This document shows, in pieces, positions 61,839 through 64,000 of a stretch of DNA of 64,000 nucleotides (its first letter is position 1; every line of letters starts with the position of its first letter). The notes below the pieces were generated by a model. It was given only the letters and a program-made list of their open reading frames with translations. It did no database searches and was not told where the DNA came from. This DNA is from Lingula anatina. Taxonomy: Eukaryota; Animalia; Brachiopoda. Both the position numbers and the translations under genes were made by a program. The stretch spans positions 930,001-994,000 of the forward strand of contig CM120646.1 in NCBI GenBank assembly GCA_051362555.1, given 5' to 3'.

Positions 61839-63709
61839 TATTGTACCACCAGCGTAGGCGCTGGCGGTACACATGGTTTTAGTCCCGACCCGTATGTTCC
61901 GCCGGCTCCTGCGGCTCCGCCGCCAAGTCACCGTTACCGCTTCTCCTCCTAGACGGTAATGGCCTCCATACCCATCTCTTGGATTTAGGTCACCTATAAT
62001 CTCAACTCGTTCCACGTAAAATTTGGGCCTTGTCGGTATTGGGGTCTAGGTGTGGCACTCATTGCAATGCACCCTTGTCCAAAAATGGCAAAATTAAATG
62101 CTAATTATCTCCCCTACGGAAGGAATTATGGGAAAAATTTCTACAGACAGCTTTCCAAAAGTCATATGTGTAGATTTCAAATATGCCCTTGGATTTGACC
62201 TTTGACCTTTATTTCAAGGTCAAACGGGCCAAAATTTTCAAAAAAACAAAATTTTTGCCGAAAAAAAAATTATTTGCGGTCTTATTCAGACACCACACAG
62301 ACTTAACTAATAATATTAATGGAAAGTGTTACCCTTCAGGTCATCTTTCATCTCCGTGAATTTGGGGTCAATCGGTGCATTTTCACGGAATTAGCGGCCA
62401 TAAGATATCGAAGAACCGTTAATGCCAGACACCCATTCTTTTTTGCATTTTGTAGAGCATGTAAAGCCCAACACTGGAAGTGGTCTCCGTTTTTTTGTAT
62501 TCCATACGGTTTTCGAGTTACGCTGTATCAAAAAGTACATATTGGTGGTGAAAGCAAAATGTGCAGTACGGTAATGGATAATAAATTTTGAACTCCGGAA
62601 AAATAAAACATAAGGCTTGGCAAAGCAGACAACTTGTGGTCAAAAATGACATTATTTCATCAAATTTGAACATCTGGAACTTCAGAGCACCTCCCATTTC
62701 AAGAATTTTGACCAAAATGACCTTTTCTTTATTTTAATTAATTTTTTCTGTAGGAAATTTATGGCACATTATGGTAACTCCAAAATTATAACATTTAGTC
62801 CCTTATATCTCCAAAACTGGCAGAGATAGGTCCATAGTTACTATTGAAGTTGAATAGGAAGACATATACTGGCAATCTAAATGTGACCTTAAAATTGACC
62901 TTTGACCTACTTTTCACCATGAACTAAACTTTGCAAATTTTGCTTCCCTTTTATCTCCAAAACTGGCAGAGATAGGTTCATAGTCTCTATTGAAGTTGAA
63001 TAGGAAGTCATATACTGGCAATCTACATGTGACCTTAAAATTGACCTTTGACCTACTTTTCACCATGAACTGAACTTTGCAAAATTTGATTCCCTTTTAT
63101 CTCCAAAACTGGCAGAGATAGGTCCATAGTCTCTATTGAAGTTGAATAGGAAGACATATACTGGCAATCTAAAAGTGACCTTAAAATTGACCTTTGACCT
63201 ACTTTTCACCATGAACTGAACTTTGCATATTTTGCTTCCCCTTTATCTCCAAAACTGGCAGAGATAGGTCCATAGTTACTATTGAACGTGAATAGGAAGT
63301 CATATACTGGCAATCTAAGTGTGACCTTGAAATTGACCTTTGACTTACTTATTATCATGAACTGAACTCTGCTAATTTCTTTCTCTTTTAACTCCAAACC
63401 TGGCAGAGATAGGCCCATAGTTACTATTGAAGTTGAATAGGAAGTCATATACTGGCAATTTACTGTGACCTTGGAATTGACCTTTGACCTACCTTACGAT
63501 GAACTTAACTTTGATTGTACCATTTTTAGTAATATATATATTTTTTGCATATTTTGAAAATTCTTGTTGATTGCATTTTTACAGCTTGTCAAGCACAAGA
63601 CTGGTGGCTGTGTTCCTTATTTTGTATATGTGGGGGTCTATACGAATGCGCTTGCTCCAGCTGGTGGTACAATATTTGGAGGCGGTATCGCCTCTCTGAT
63701 CCTCTAGTT
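61839..63709 (+). mobile_element. HINE element copy 2, inside an MRPL45 intron
   Basis: Same termini as 16343-18734 in opposite orientation; contains a 146-bp tandem array. Confidence 0.82.
62800..63512 (+). repeat. ~4.9 copies of a 146-bp tandem repeat inside the HINE
   Basis: The motif atctccaaaactggcagagatagg recurs at 62807, 62953, 63099, 63245 and ~63390. Confidence 0.92.
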
Positions 63710-63869
63710 TACAATGTCTTTACTGTGAAATATAGATCTTGTATGAAGATTTGTTATCTATTTGTTTTTGTTTTGGTCTGTATTGTGAAAGATGTGACTC
63801 TAAAGTTTACTCTTAATATCGTATTACATAATAAAAATATGCCCCCTCCACTGATGAGCCTGCCTCTCC

Positions 63870-63938
<69 letters not shown>

Positions 63939-64000
63939 CCCCCATAGATCTTGCTGCTTTAGGGTTTTACATCTTCAAAGTTCTACCAAGACCTATGCAT

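Noticed and set aside
62800-63512. Regular repeat array as a possible CRISPR
   Set aside because: Contiguous 146-bp units without unique spacers, eukaryotic context, no cas genes.

Overview
AT-rich, intron-containing animal DNA, inferred to be lophotrochozoan and probably molluscan. I assembled gene models by hand from GT-AG sites and frame continuity. (1) An intronless class A peptide GPCR of the FMRFamide-receptor-like group (+, 10089-11465). (2) A 4-exon, ~360-aa type II membrane protein (-, 26956-20112) with an EGF-like module and a C-terminal domain resembling the betaglycan/endoglin 'orphan' domain, with no ZP domain. (3) Three small related genes at 37-44 kb encoding disordered, tail-anchored proteins with PY (L/PPxY) and P(S/T)AP late-domain motifs; one copy is degenerate. 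(4) A complete 13-coding-exon BZW/eIF5-mimic gene (-, 58218-49579) with a poor-context AUG. It hosts two U57/SNORD57-like box C/D snoRNAs, two splice-site triplications and a ~940-bp palindromic element. (5) The first three exons of MRPL45 (+), head-to-head with BZW. The rest is a 5'-truncated RTE-X-like LINE, Helentron-associated (HINE) elements, many MITEs and microsatellites. Homology calls come from remembered family motifs, not database searches.
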